From Spirochaetales bacterium (GTDB taxonomy: Bacteria > Spirochaetota > Spirochaetia > DTKZ01), in assembly GCA_031280945.1 (NCBI GenBank), contig JAITGB010000182.1:1-34914 (forward strand): DNA of 34,914 nucleotides, read 5' to 3'. Made by a program: the position numbers and the translations under genes. This document shows, piece after piece, positions 1 to 9,310 of the stretch. The notes under the pieces were generated by a model, which ran no database searches, was not told the origin of the DNA, and worked only from the letters and a program-made list of their open reading frames with translations. How positions within the stretch are numbered: the stretch's first letter is position 1; the number at the start of each line of letters is the position of its first letter.

Positions 1-2
1 CA

Positions 3-1331
3 AAAGTAGACGCCTACGAATACATTAACGATTATCCCTTCCCCTACGACTCAAGCAAAACCGAAGAGCTCACCATCGCCGTAAAACTCGAAAAAGAAAA
101 AGCCCTCAGTATAGGAGGCAGCTTTAACCTTCTTATCGGCCTTAACGTAAACAGCCAAAACTTCTTCACCCGCACAGAGGGAAACTACATTCTCTTTATT
201 CACAACCCGCAGATTCTCCTGCGGCCCGAGTGGAAAACAGCTTTTACGGCGGCAATCACACAAATACGCACAGAGCAAAAGTCCGGCGCCCTTCTGGGAA
301 TCTTTAACCCCATAACAAAAGAAATTATCCGCATAACCTCCGCAGCCTCCATTGAAACCGCCTTAAGCCAAATACAGAATACAAAAAAAGTGTATGCCAT
401 GGACTCTATCCTGCATGATTCTTTCGCCGCACTGGAGAGCATCCAAAACAGTTACAACACCCGCTTCGTATGGATTACCGATTCGGATTTAATGAAAAGT
501 AACACCATAAACCGCGAACGCGAATACTTTGACTTTCTCATGAAGCTGCAATCGCAGAACAACATCAGCTTCTCCTATTTTGGCTACGGAGAGGTTCCCG
601 CGTGGGCCGTCATGAACCAGTCCCTGAAAAACGTAGGAGGAAACTCCTACTATGTAGACGGGCCCCCGCAGCTTGAATCCAAACTCTGGGACGATTACAA
701 GAGGTTCTCCTACCCCACAGTGAAAGACATCAAAATCAACGTTTCACTCATGCCGTGGATACACGAGGCCCGCTACGACTACCGCCCCGCATGGTACCCC
801 GTAAGCGGCTTTCGCCCCGTAAGCTCGTACTACACCCACACCACACAGCACGAACTCAAAAGCATGGATCAAGACGAACACAAAATCTTTTTGCACTACC
901 TCAGCATAGGGCCGGAAAACACAGCCGCCTCCGACCTGTATTTCAGAACAGTCGTGCAGGGAAGAACCGTACCCATAGGCTTTTGCAGCGTTGAGTATTA
1001 TTCCTGGCGGGACAAAAAAACAAAATATAAAACCTTTCCCCTAAGCATCACCTACACCGATGACTACAGCGAGTACGAGGCGGCCATAGACGCAAAAGTA
1101 AGCAAGTACACAGTGCTGCAAAACACAGGCTTTATCCTCAAAGAACTGTCCGGGCTTGTAAACTCCCGGCAGTATTACACAGCCATACTCCTCGTGGACA
1201 GCCAAATCAAAATGCTTAAAAAATATCTCGCCCAAACCCCCGGCAAGGAAATTGAGGGCGACATAGAAACTCTGGAGAAAAACAGAACCCTTCTTATGGA
1301 GCAGGCGCGAAGCCTCAACTACATACGCTAA
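3..1331 (+). CDS. hypothetical protein, 5'-truncated by window edge; possibly von Willebrand factor A (VWA)-like
   Basis: The frame is open from nt 3 to the TAA at 1329-1331. The track ORF 390..1331 begins at an internal GTG; my translation of 3-389 (KVDAYEYINDYPFPYDSSKTEELTIAVKLEK...) has no stop. The strand/helix alternation and RFVWITDSDL resemble the TDG strand of VWA folds, but no MIDAS DxSxS motif is visible in the part present. Confidence 0.6.
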   Translation, partial: KVDAYEYINDYPFPYDSSKTEELTIAVKLEKEKALSIGGSFNLLIGLNVNSQNFFTRTEGNYILFIHNPQILLRPEWKTAFTAAITQIRTEQKSGALLGIFNPITKEIIRITSAASIETALSQIQNTKKVYAMDSILHDSFAALESIQNSYNTRFVWITDSDLMKSNTINREREYFDFLMKLQSQNNISFSYFGYGEVPAWAVMNQSLKNVGGNSYYVDGPPQLESKLWDDYKRFSYPTVKDIKINVSLMPWIHEARYDYRPAWYPVSGFRPVSSYYTHTTQHELKSMDQDEHKIFLHYLSIGPENTAASDLYFRTVVQGRTVPIGFCSVEYYSWRDKKTKYKTFPLSITYTDDYSEYEAAIDAKVSKYTVLQNTGFILKELSGLVNSRQYYTAILLVDSQIKMLKKYLAQTPGKEIEGDIETLEKNRTLLMEQARSLNYIR

Positions 1332-1379
1332 GGCAGTGCGCAGCCCCGGCGCGAAGCCCACAAAGCCCTCGCCCCGGCC

Positions 1380-4151
1380 TCACCCGCCAAGCCCCAGCAA
1401 AATCCCCCGCACGTCCTGGGCGCCGGGCAGCCTCCCCCCATCCAGACCCACAACGAGAAAGCTCCTCCCCCCCTCCCATACTACCGGAACAAAAAGCGGC
1501 ATATACGAAGAGGCAAACGCAGCCGAAGAGGCAAACCAGCCCGAAGTCGCAAGCTCCGCGAATTCCCGTATCTCCCGCAAAGGCTTTTTCAGGAGAATAG
1601 CATTGCCCCCTCCCTTCTGCCTCTCCTCAAAGAGGGACGGCACAGGCACAGTACGCTTCCCCCCGCCTTCAGCGCCAAGCCCCAGGGTATAGGCAATCTC
1701 ATAAACGCCCTCACGGGGCCGGAGAAGGGCAGCCGCCGGAGACAAACCAAAAGCCCGCGACACCGTAACAAGGGATTTTATAACGCCCACCCCGCCGGAG
1801 TGGAACCTTTTCAAAAAGAAATCGTACTGAAAATACCCATCCGAAGATACAAGGCTCTTATCCATAACGCTTTCTTCCGCGAAAACCTCAACCCTCTCCT
1901 CAGCCGAAACGCCCCCCATAAGGAGAAAGTCAACGCCTGAGTCCCTCCCGCCCCAAATCTCATCAATACCCGGACTCACTTCGCCAAAAACCCCATTCTC
2001 CCGCTCCCCATCCACCGTCTCCGCGGAACTCTCTCCGGCGGAAACCCGTAAAGCCCCTCCCGCTTTCTCAGCCTCCTCTTCCGCCCCCCCCAGGGGAAAA
2101 ATAACACAATTCCCCTCATCTTCGCCAAGCTCCAGAATACCCAAAACAGCCTCACCCGCGGAAGGAACAGTGCCGCTCGCCGCCATCAAGCTCGCGTAAG
2201 CGTCCCCCGAAAAAACAGCAGGCCGGAACGCCAGGTCTTCAAGAAAAGCCTCACCCGAATCTTCATCATCCCCATCAGCCGCTTCAAGAACACGGGCCGC
2301 ATCCTCAACCTCACCGGAAGCCCCCGCCTCTCCCGCCTCGTCTCTCTCACCCTCACCGTCAACAGCCGCATCAACAACTTCTACATCGTCCGCCTCACCT
2401 TCGCCGGAAGGCTCATCATCGCTATCCTCCGCTGCCGCTTCCGCGTCCTCCACGTCGTCTACATCATCCGCATCCTCGGCCTCCTCGACCTCATCCACAG
2501 CCTCCACGTCTTCTGCATCGTCCGCCTCATCTTCGCCGGAAGGCTCATCATCGCTAGCCTCATCCGCCGCTTCCGCGTCCTCCACGTCGTCTACATCATC
2601 CGCATCCTCGGCCTCCTCGGCCTCATCCACAGCCTCCACGTCTTCTGCATCGTCCGCATCATCTCCGCCGGAAGGCTCATCATCGCTAGCCTCCGCTGCC
2701 GCTTCCGCGTCCTCTCCATCGGACAACTCTTCAAGAGACTCAAGCTCCTCAGCATCGCCAATCTCCTCCACGTCCTCCGCCTCATCAGAGAAAGCATCAA
2801 GGCTCACCTGAGCCAAAGACGCGGCAGGAAGCCCATCATCCCCCGGCCTCGCGCGGGAAAGCCTCGCCGGAGAAGAGGCCAGCTTTTTCCCCCCGCCCAA
2901 AGCCTGCATATTCGCAAGAGCCTTCTCGATAAGAGCCTCAATCTTTCCCAAATCAGGAGAGACCCTCTTCTCCTCCCGCCGCGAAACAAGAACCGCAATA
3001 ATCTCATCCCAGCTCTTGTCAACAAGAGCATCGAACTTCTCCACCTCCGCCTTTTTAAGCCGGAGGCCCCGCTTTAACTCAGAACGAACATCATCGCGCC
3101 TTACTTCAAGCTCCGACTGCCATTTACTCCAGTCAATCTCCTCTTTGCGCTCAAGATACTCCCGCAGAAGATTCATCTGGAACTTCTTAATCCTCTCAAA
3201 AAGAACAACCGAAGAATCCTGCCTGATACTCAAAACAAGAAAAACAACAAGAAAAGCCGTAAAAAAAACAGACGAAAGGAGAATCCCCTTCATAACAGGA
3301 TTAAGAACAAACTCATCGTCCGCCGCAAAAATCCCAATACGCGAAAAATCACCCAAAACCCTGTCAAAAAAAATGTAACGCCGCCCCTCACCCTGAAACG
3401 AAGGCCGCGCCTGAGCAGCCCCCGCCCAGTACCCTGTAACAGCCTCCTTCACGTCCTCAGAACCGGACACGTCCGCGCGCAGGAGAATACCCAGACTCTC
3501 CACTAACGCAAGCTCCTCCCCAAGATTAATCACCCCCGCCTGCATCAAATGCCGCTCAAGACCATCAAGGGACACATAAAAAAGCCCGTACCCCGCAAAA
3601 GCGTCATACCCGCCCGTTATCCTAAAACCGTACACACACGCATTATCCTCAGGGCTCAAAACCACAAAAGGGCTCTTCTCAGAGCGGGCAATCTGGGCAA
3701 TAAAATCCGCAGCCTCAACATCGGAAAAAAAACTATACTCAATCGAACGGCTTGTAGTATTACGCACATCGCTTGCAAGCGAACTATAGTGAATCTCACG
3801 CAGACCTGAGTCCACGAAACGGATAAACATCAGCGAAGGCACGTCCTCCTCCAGCTTCCCGAAGGCCCGCGTCCTCGCAAGAATATCCTCTCTCCTCTGG
3901 TTACGCAGGAAAATCGACTTAATCCACTCCCCGCGCACCGCCGCCCCGTAGCGCTCAAGATTCAGGGCATGGAACCTCCCAATCTCCGAGGCAGCCCTCG
4001 CAAGCGACCGGTTAATATCCCCCGCCACCTTCCTGTTGTAAAAAGTGCTCTCAATATAATTGAACATACCCGAAAACGCGGCAATCGAAAAAACGCAAAA
4101 AATCACCACAGCCGCGAGAAGGCTTAAAGACAATTTTTGGGCAGTTCTCAT
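1380..4151 (-). CDS. large membrane-anchored hypothetical protein with acidic D/E/A-rich tandem-repeat linker
   Basis: 923-aa ORF with an ATG at 4149-4151 and AAGGAG upstream. The N-terminal TM segment (LSLSLLAAVVIFCVFSIAAFSG) and a second TM segment (ILLSSVFFTAFLVVFLVLSI) bracket a domain of about 270 aa. A coiled-coil-like K/E/R segment follows, then about 200 aa of D/E/A repeats, then a C-terminal globular part. I recognise no family. Confidence 0.8.
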   Translation of the reverse strand: MRTAQKLSLSLLAAVVIFCVFSIAAFSGMFNYIESTFYNRKVAGDINRSLARAASEIGRFHALNLERYGAAVRGEWIKSIFLRNQRREDILARTRAFGKLEEDVPSLMFIRFVDSGLREIHYSSLASDVRNTTSRSIEYSFFSDVEAADFIAQIARSEKSPFVVLSPEDNACVYGFRITGGYDAFAGYGLFYVSLDGLERHLMQAGVINLGEELALVESLGILLRADVSGSEDVKEAVTGYWAGAAQARPSFQGEGRRYIFFDRVLGDFSRIGIFAADDEFVLNPVMKGILLSSVFFTAFLVVFLVLSIRQDSSVVLFERIKKFQMNLLREYLERKEEIDWSKWQSELEVRRDDVRSELKRGLRLKKAEVEKFDALVDKSWDEIIAVLVSRREEKRVSPDLGKIEALIEKALANMQALGGGKKLASSPARLSRARPGDDGLPAASLAQVSLDAFSDEAEDVEEIGDAEELESLEELSDGEDAEAAAEASDDEPSGGDDADDAEDVEAVDEAEEAEDADDVDDVEDAEAADEASDDEPSGEDEADDAEDVEAVDEVEEAEDADDVDDVEDAEAAAEDSDDEPSGEGEADDVEVVDAAVDGEGERDEAGEAGASGEVEDAARVLEAADGDDEDSGEAFLEDLAFRPAVFSGDAYASLMAASGTVPSAGEAVLGILELGEDEGNCVIFPLGGAEEEAEKAGGALRVSAGESSAETVDGERENGVFGEVSPGIDEIWGGRDSGVDFLLMGGVSAEERVEVFAEESVMDKSLVSSDGYFQYDFFLKRFHSGGVGVIKSLVTVSRAFGLSPAAALLRPREGVYEIAYTLGLGAEGGGKRTVPVPSLFEERQKGGGNAILLKKPLREIREFAELATSGWFASSAAFASSYMPLFVPVVWEGGRSFLVVGLDGGRLPGAQDVRGILLGLGG
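2384..2714. repeat. 132-bp (44-codon) in-frame tandem repeat, about 2.5 copies, inside the 923-aa CDS
   Basis: Units start at 2384, 2516 and 2648 (catcgtccgc...), an exact 132-nt period with few substitutions. They encode ...DDEPSG(G/E)D(D/E)ADDAEDVEAVDE(A/V)EEAEDADDVDDVEDAEAA.... Confidence 0.9.
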
Positions 4152-4195
4152 TACAGGGCGCGCTCCTTGGAGTTCATGTATCCTCTATACGATGC

Positions 4196-4224
4196 AGTAT
4201 AGAAAATTCCCCGCGTAAAGTAAA
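4196..4224 (-). promoter_or_regulatory. candidate sigma70-type promoter for the 923-aa gene
   Basis: On the minus strand: TTTACT (4224-4219), a 17-nt spacer, then TATACT (4201-4196), about 45 nt upstream of the ATG. Confidence 0.3.
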
Positions 4225-4255
4225 TCAGTAAGAGTACAAGTTATAAGAAGAATAT

Positions 4256-4362
4256 GGGCGCATTTTTTGCGCTTTGCGCAAAAAACCGGGCTATCCGCTC
4301 CAATTCCTCAAAAATTGCCTTGCGGCAATTTTCTGCGGGATTTCCGCTTCTATCCCTTGCGC
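4256..4362 (+). repeat. structured intergenic repeat, copy 1 (short subfamily)
   Basis: GGGCGCA, then hairpin TTTTTTGCGC-TTT-GCGCAAAAAA, then CCGGGCTATCCGCTCCAATTCC, then hairpin AAAATTGCC-TTGC-GGCAATTTT, then GGATTTCCGCTTCTATCC and CTTGCGC. The same block order occurs in four other copies. Confidence 0.9.
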
Positions 4363-4402
4363 AAAGACCTATTACCCCGCAGCCTATAATCCGCGCCGGC
4401 AT

Positions 4403-4428
4403 AAAAAAAGGGCGCCGCCTGGCGCCCC
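4403..4428 (-). terminator. Rho-independent terminator after rplQ
   Basis: Minus strand: GGGGCGCC-AGGC-GGCGCCC followed by TTTTTTT, starting 8 nt after the rplQ stop. Confidence 0.8.
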
Positions 4429-4435
4429 ATACATT

Positions 4436-4867
4436 TTAAGCCTTCGCTTCCTGCGGAGCCTTCTCCTCCGCAGCCTTTTTAGCCTTCTTCGGCTTCTTCT
4501 TTTCCTTTACCTTGCGGTCAACAAGCTCAAGGAGAACAATCTCGCTGCCGTCTCCCTCGCGGAAACCCAGCTTCAAAATCCGCGTATAGCCGCCCGGTCT
4601 TGCCACGTAGCGCGGGCCTATCTCCGTAAACAGCTTCGCAAGAACAGCCTTATCGTGAATACGCCGGGCCGCGATTCTCCTGTTATGAACAGAATCCTCC
4701 TTTGCCCGCGTTACCAGCTTCTCCGCAGCCGTGCGCACAGCCTTCGCCTTCGCCTTCGTGGTCTTAATCCTCTCATACCGGAAAAGGGAAATAACCATAT
4801 TGCGCAGAAGAGCTTTCCTGTGCGCCGAACGCCTGCCCAGAGCATTAAAACCAATTCTATGCTTCAC
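4436..4867 (-). CDS. rplQ: 50S ribosomal protein L17
   Basis: (M)[23 protein letters not shown]... is a typical L17 N-terminus. GTG start at 4867, overlapping the rpoA end by 11 nt. Last gene of the alpha cluster. Confidence 0.96.
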   Translation of the reverse strand: MKHRIGFNALGRRSAHRKALLRNMVISLFRYERIKTTKAKAKAVRTAAEKLVTRAKEDSVHNRRIAARRIHDKAVLAKLFTEIGPRYVARPGGYTRILKLGFREGDGSEIVLLELVDRKVKEKKKPKKAKKAAEEKAPQEAKA

Positions 4868-5915
4868 TAGCTTCTTCCTTCTTCTTTTTTACAGTCTTCA
4901 GCGCCTTCTTCAAAGCGCCGTAATCAGTCATACCCAAACTCAAGTTCCATTCCTGGAGCTTTTCCTTTATTTCAACGAGAGACTTCTTCCCAAAATTGCG
5001 CACCTTCGCAAGCTCATCTTCCTCCCGCACGGTAAGGTCGCCGATGGTTGTAATATTGATGTTTTTCAGACAATTACTCGACCTCACCGAAAGCTCAAGC
5101 TCCTCAACCTTTGTTTCAAGCAGCTTGCGCACGTTCTCCTCGTCCTCGTCAATATCCCTCTCGGATTCGAGGCCATCCTCGTCAAAGTTGATAAAAATCG
5201 TAAAATGGTCTTTGGCGATTTTCGCCGCCTCCGCAAGAGCATCCTCAGGACTTATCGAACCGTCAGTCCAGATTTCCATGGTGAGCTTATCGTAATCCGA
5301 CCTCTGCCCAACGCGCGTATCTTCAACCGTATGTTTTACCTTTTTAATCGGGGAGAAAACCGCGTCAATGGGAATAGTACCGATAATCTCAACGTACTTA
5401 TCGTTTGTCTCCGCCGGAATATACCCCCGCCCCAGGTCAATCTGCAGTTCAAGGTCAAACTTGGCGTCATCCATAGTCGTAGCGATATGCAGATTCTTGT
5501 TAAAAACGCGGATAGAATCATCAATTTCCAAATCAAGACCCTTCACATCGGCCTTGCCCTTTACCTCAAGGAGGAGCGTCTTCTGGTCAGCCCCGTCTTC
5601 AAGCCTGAGCTGCAAAAGTTTCAGGTTATTGATAATATCCGGCGTGTCCTCCACAACTCCCGGTATGGACTCATACTCGCTGGACAAAACGTGCGCCGTA
5701 CCCTCTTTGTCATACGAAGTTATCCTCACCGCCGTAACAGCGTAGCCCTGAATCGAAGACAAAAGAATACGCCGGAGCGTATTTCCTATAGTAGTGCCAA
5801 AGCCGCGTTCAAAGGGATAGGCAATAAATTTCCCAAACGTCGGACTTACTTCCGCGTGTTCAAATGTAATACCCTTAGGGCGTTTAAACCCTTTGAGAAG
5901 GTTTTTGCGTGCCAT
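4857..5915 (-). CDS. rpoA: DNA-directed RNA polymerase subunit alpha
   Basis: 352 aa with [18 protein letters not shown] and a C-terminal [22 protein letters not shown] (alpha-CTD HhH). AAGGAG lies 5 nt before the ATG. Confidence 0.98.
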   Translation of the reverse strand: MARKNLLKGFKRPKGITFEHAEVSPTFGKFIAYPFERGFGTTIGNTLRRILLSSIQGYAVTAVRITSYDKEGTAHVLSSEYESIPGVVEDTPDIINNLKLLQLRLEDGADQKTLLLEVKGKADVKGLDLEIDDSIRVFNKNLHIATTMDDAKFDLELQIDLGRGYIPAETNDKYVEIIGTIPIDAVFSPIKKVKHTVEDTRVGQRSDYDKLTMEIWTDGSISPEDALAEAAKIAKDHFTIFINFDEDGLESERDIDEDEENVRKLLETKVEELELSVRSSNCLKNINITTIGDLTVREEDELAKVRNFGKKSLVEIKEKLQEWNLSLGMTDYGALKKALKTVKKKKEEASEA

Positions 5916-5924
5916 GTACGCTCC

Positions 5925-6560
5925 TTACTTAGAATAGAACTCGACGACAAGCTGCTCCTTAATATCCGCAAGGTCCGCAACATCGTTCCTGCGGGGAATA
6001 GCCCGAAAGTACCCGACAAGCTCATCAGGATTTACCTCAAGCCAGGGAGCAACCCCGGAACGGGTGTACTCTTTCATGCTCTCCTTGACAAAGAGGAGCT
6101 TCTTCGCCTTTTCACCCAGTTCCACCTTGTCGCCTATCTTTAATTGGTAGGAGGGAATGTTCACCCTCTTTCCGTTTACCAGAATATGCCCATGCGAAAC
6201 AAGCTGCCGCGCCTGCTTCCGTGAGGCCGCAAAACGCAAACGGTAGATAACATTATCGAGCCTCTTTTCCAAAAGACTAATAAAAGAATCGCCCGTTCTG
6301 CCCGGCATCCTCGCGGCTTTCTGGAAGGTAATCTTGAACTGCTTCTCCAGCATACAATAGATTCTCTTCATCTTCTGCTTTTCCCGCAGCTGCAAGCCAT
6401 AGTCAGACCTTTTCCCCTGGCGGCTTCGCAGGCCCTTTCCCGGAGCCGGACGCTTCTTTGTAACCGAACAGTGGTCAGAAAAACACCTCTCGCCCTTCAA
6501 AAACAGTTTGCTGCCTTCGGCCCTGCACAAACGGCACTGCGGCCCCGTATATCTCGCCAT
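5925..6560 (-). CDS. rpsD: 30S ribosomal protein S4
   Basis: MARYTGPQCRLCRAEGSKLFLKGERC... The start was moved to the ATG at 6558-6560 (GGGAGAGG SD); the track ORF start at 6605 would overlap rpsK. Confidence 0.96.
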   Translation of the reverse strand: MARYTGPQCRLCRAEGSKLFLKGERCFSDHCSVTKKRPAPGKGLRSRQGKRSDYGLQLREKQKMKRIYCMLEKQFKITFQKAARMPGRTGDSFISLLEKRLDNVIYRLRFAASRKQARQLVSHGHILVNGKRVNIPSYQLKIGDKVELGEKAKKLLFVKESMKEYTRSGVAPWLEVNPDELVGYFRAIPRRNDVADLADIKEQLVVEFYSK

Positions 6561-6574
6561 TATTCGCCTCTCCC

Positions 6575-6955
6575 TTACACTCTTCTCGTCTTGCGCGGCC
6601 TGCACCCGTTATGGGGAATAGGAGTAACATCCCGTATGGATTTTACCTTCAGCCCCAAAGCGCCAAGAGAGCGCACCGCGGATTCGCGGCCCACTCCCGG
6701 CCCCTTTACAAACACATGAACTTCCCGCAGGCCGTAGTCCATCGCCTTCTGGGCGGCCGTTTCCGCCGTTGTCTGCGCCGCAAAGGGAGTCGATTTCTTC
6801 GCCCCCCGAAAGTTAAGCCCGCCGGCGCTCGCCCAGGAAACGGCGTTTCCGTTAATATCCGTTATCGTAACAATCGTATTATTGAAAGTCGCCTGAATAT
6901 ACACATTCCCTTCGTGTACCGTCTTTTTTTCTTTCTTCTTCTTTACTTTCGCCAA
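6575..6955 (-). CDS. rpsK: 30S ribosomal protein S11
   Basis: (M)[32 protein letters not shown]... The start codon is TTG (plus-strand caa at 6953-6955), preceded by GGAGG with 8-nt spacing. Confidence 0.96.
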   Translation of the reverse strand: MAKVKKKKEKKTVHEGNVYIQATFNNTIVTITDINGNAVSWASAGGLNFRGAKKSTPFAAQTTAETAAQKAMDYGLREVHVFVKGPGVGRESAVRSLGALGLKVKSIRDVTPIPHNGCRPRKTRRV

Positions 6956-6975
6956 TTTTTAGTCCTCCACAGCCC

Positions 6976-7347
6976 TTAAACAGCCTTCTTCTTTCCAGCA
7001 ACAGTCTTCTTCTTGCCCTTGCGCGTACGTGCGTTTGTCCGCGTTCTTTGCCCCCGTACAGGCAGCCCCCGCCTATGGCGCAGGCCGCGGTAACATCCAA
7101 TGTCCATAAGACGCTTTATGTTCAGGGAGACCTCCGTCCTCAGGCGGCCCTCCACCTTGTACTCGTTTTCAATAACGGTGCGCAGCTCGTTGATTTCCTC
7201 GCCCGTTAAATCGTTCGCCCTCTTGTAGGGGTCAATCTTTGTTGTCTCGCAAATCTTGCGGGCCGCCGAACGGCCAATTCCGAAAATATACGTCAGCGCA
7301 ATATCCAAATGCTTGTTTGGAAGGTCAACGCCAGCAATACGCGCCAT
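6976..7347 (-). CDS. rpsM: 30S ribosomal protein S13
   Basis: [27 protein letters not shown]...; AGGAGG SD. Confidence 0.98.
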   Translation of the reverse strand: MARIAGVDLPNKHLDIALTYIFGIGRSAARKICETTKIDPYKRANDLTGEEINELRTVIENEYKVEGRLRTEVSLNIKRLMDIGCYRGLRHRRGLPVRGQRTRTNARTRKGKKKTVAGKKKAV

Positions 7348-7356
7348 GAAATCCTC

Positions 7357-7470
7357 CTACCTCTGTCTCTGCTTGTGCTTGGGATTGATGCACACAATCC
7401 GCAAAACGCCGCGCCGTTTGATAATTTTACACTTATCACAAATCGGTTTCACACTTACCCGTACTTTCAT
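7357..7470 (-). CDS. rpmJ: 50S ribosomal protein L36
   Basis: Not in the track because it is under 60 aa. My translation is [37 protein letters not shown], with the canonical L36 CxxC..C..H zinc motif. It lies between secY and rpsM. Confidence 0.95.
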   Translation of the reverse strand: MKVRVSVKPICDKCKIIKRRGVLRIVCINPKHKQRQR

Positions 7471-7489
7471 TTTTTCCCTCGTTTTACTC

Positions 7490-8821
7490 TCACAAATTTC
7501 TCGAACGGATTTTTCCGCGCTTTACCAGGCCCTCATGGTGGTGCATTTTCAGGTGCCCCTCAATCTGCGACATGGTATCAAGGTTGACTCCCACCATAAT
7601 AAGGAGACTCGTCCCCCCCATAAGGTAGGCCAAATCCGACGGAAAATTAAACGTCGTTTGTATCACAGTCGGAATTACCGCAATGGCCGCCAGGAAAAGC
7701 GACCCCGGCAGTATAATCCGGTTAAGCACTTTAGTAAAGTATTCCTCCATCTTTTCGGACCGAATACCCGGAATGGAACCGCCGTTTTCGCGGATTTGCC
7801 GGGAAATCTCCACAGGGTTTAAGGACACCTGCGTATAAAAATACGCAAAAAAGATAATAAGCAGGGTTGAGACAATCATGTACGGAACCCCCGAAGGCCG
7901 GAACCAGTAGGCAAAGTCCGAAAGCCATTTAAATTGTATACCTAAACTCCCCGCCATTTGCAGGGGAAAACCCAGAACAGAGTTTGCGAAAATAACGGGA
8001 ATAACCCCCGACGGGTTAATTTTAAAAGGAATAAAAGTGTTCGGCCCGCCGCCGTACATCTTTCTGCCCACAACACGTTTCGCGTAGTGGACAGCTATTT
8101 TCCTCTGCCCCTGCTGTTCCAGCACAACAAGGGCAATCACCACAACAAACATCAGGAAAACAACCAGAACAAAAACAGGATTAAGGTCCCGCGTCTGTAT
8201 ACGCTTTAAGAGGCTCCACAGGGCATCGGGAAGCCGCGCCACAATACCCGCATATATAATAAGGGAAATGCCGTTCCCCACCCCGCGCTGGGAAATCTGC
8301 TCACCCATCCACATAAGAAAAAGCGTTCCCGTTGTCGCCGTCAGCATGGCAAGGGGAATGTACACCATCTTGGACAGGGTAAGCGCGTTGGGAATACCGT
8401 TCGCTATACTCAGGGCAGCGGTAAAAGTCTGGATAAGGCAGACAACCACAGTGCCGTAGCGCGTGTACCTGTGAATCTTCTTGCGTCCGCCTTCCTCCTC
8501 CGAAAGTTTTTTCAGCGAAGGAAAAACCAAAAGCAGAAGCTGCATGATAATGGACATGGAGATATAGGGCATAATACCCAAAAGCATAATGGAAGCGTTT
8601 TTGAAAGCTCCGCCCGCAAAAAAATCAAGATAATCGGTAAGCGAAATAAGCCCGCCGGTTGATTCCTGCGTAACGTAGTAGAGTTTCAGGGCGTTCACGT
8701 TTATCCCCGGCATAGGCAAAGTCGCGCCAAAGCGGAAAATCACCAGCATAGTCAGGGTAAAAACAATTCTGCTTCGCAGGTCTTTTATGCGGAAAATGTC
8801 GATTAAAACGTTACCAGCCAT
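7490..8821 (-). CDS. secY: preprotein translocase subunit SecY
   Basis: 443 aa, polytopic, with [27 protein letters not shown] and [14 protein letters not shown], in the spc cluster position. Confidence 0.98.
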   Translation of the reverse strand: MAGNVLIDIFRIKDLRSRIVFTLTMLVIFRFGATLPMPGINVNALKLYYVTQESTGGLISLTDYLDFFAGGAFKNASIMLLGIMPYISMSIIMQLLLLVFPSLKKLSEEEGGRKKIHRYTRYGTVVVCLIQTFTAALSIANGIPNALTLSKMVYIPLAMLTATTGTLFLMWMGEQISQRGVGNGISLIIYAGIVARLPDALWSLLKRIQTRDLNPVFVLVVFLMFVVVIALVVLEQQGQRKIAVHYAKRVVGRKMYGGGPNTFIPFKINPSGVIPVIFANSVLGFPLQMAGSLGIQFKWLSDFAYWFRPSGVPYMIVSTLLIIFFAYFYTQVSLNPVEISRQIRENGGSIPGIRSEKMEEYFTKVLNRIILPGSLFLAAIAVIPTVIQTTFNFPSDLAYLMGGTSLLIMVGVNLDTMSQIEGHLKMHHHEGLVKRGKIRSRNL

Positions 8822-8831
8822 TAAGTCGTAC

Positions 8832-9308
8832 CTATTCCTTTGATTCCTGTGCTTTTTCCGTTATGACGGACCCGCCCGCCTTTTCAATTTTTTCTTTGGC
8901 GGCAGCGGAGAGCTTCTCAACCTTAAAAGAGAGCTTCTTTGTGATTTCACCCCTGCTTAAAATCTTCACATCGGTATCGCGCTTCTTGATAAGGCGCTTT
9001 TCTTGCAGGGTTTCAAGACTCACGGTTTCGCCGTCAGCGTATTTCGCGTCTATAGCCCCAAGGTTCACAGGCACGTTTACAATTTTGAAAGGTTCGTTGG
9101 AAAATCCCCTGCGGGCGATTCTCCTGTACAGGGGCATCTGTCCGCCCTCAAAACCCGGACGCACCCCCCCGCCCGCGCGGGAGTTCTGGCCCTTGTTACC
9201 GCGTCCCGCGGTTTTCTGCAGCCGCGTCCCCGAACCCCGGCCCACGATTTTGCGTTTTTTCTTGGCGCCTTTGGGCGGCTTGATTATAAAACTCTGGGAA
9301 TTTTCCAT
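8832..9308 (-). CDS. rplO: 50S ribosomal protein L15
   Basis: GRGSGTRLQKTAGRGNKGQNSRAGGGVRPGFEGGQMPLYRR is L15-typical. Confidence 0.97.
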   Translation of the reverse strand: MENSQSFIIKPPKGAKKKRKIVGRGSGTRLQKTAGRGNKGQNSRAGGGVRPGFEGGQMPLYRRIARRGFSNEPFKIVNVPVNLGAIDAKYADGETVSLETLQEKRLIKKRDTDVKILSRGEITKKLSFKVEKLSAAAKEKIEKAGGSVITEKAQESKE

Positions 9309-9310
9309 GC

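Noticed and set aside
4262-4285. The T6-stem-A6 hairpin (P2) of the repeats as an intrinsic terminator
   Set aside because: In both orientations the T-run precedes the stem and the A-run follows it, the reverse of a terminator. The A/T runs instead extend the stem.
4254-4439. Small ORFs that run through the repeat copies (also 20514-20870, 21964-22209, 33593-33997, 33604-33867) and share peptide strings such as KNRAIRSNSS and GFPLLSLA
   Set aside because: The shared strings come from the conserved nucleotide blocks. The distance between the blocks differs by non-multiples of 3 (51 nt in copy 1, 46 nt in copy 4), so the two strings are in different frames in different copies. There is no common start, stop or SD.
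4731-6143. 470-aa plus-strand ORF
   Set aside because: It is fully antisense to rplQ/rpoA/rpsD, whose products are unmistakable. The translation is low-complexity (L/R/F/K-rich) with no motif or SD, so it is a typical shadow ORF.
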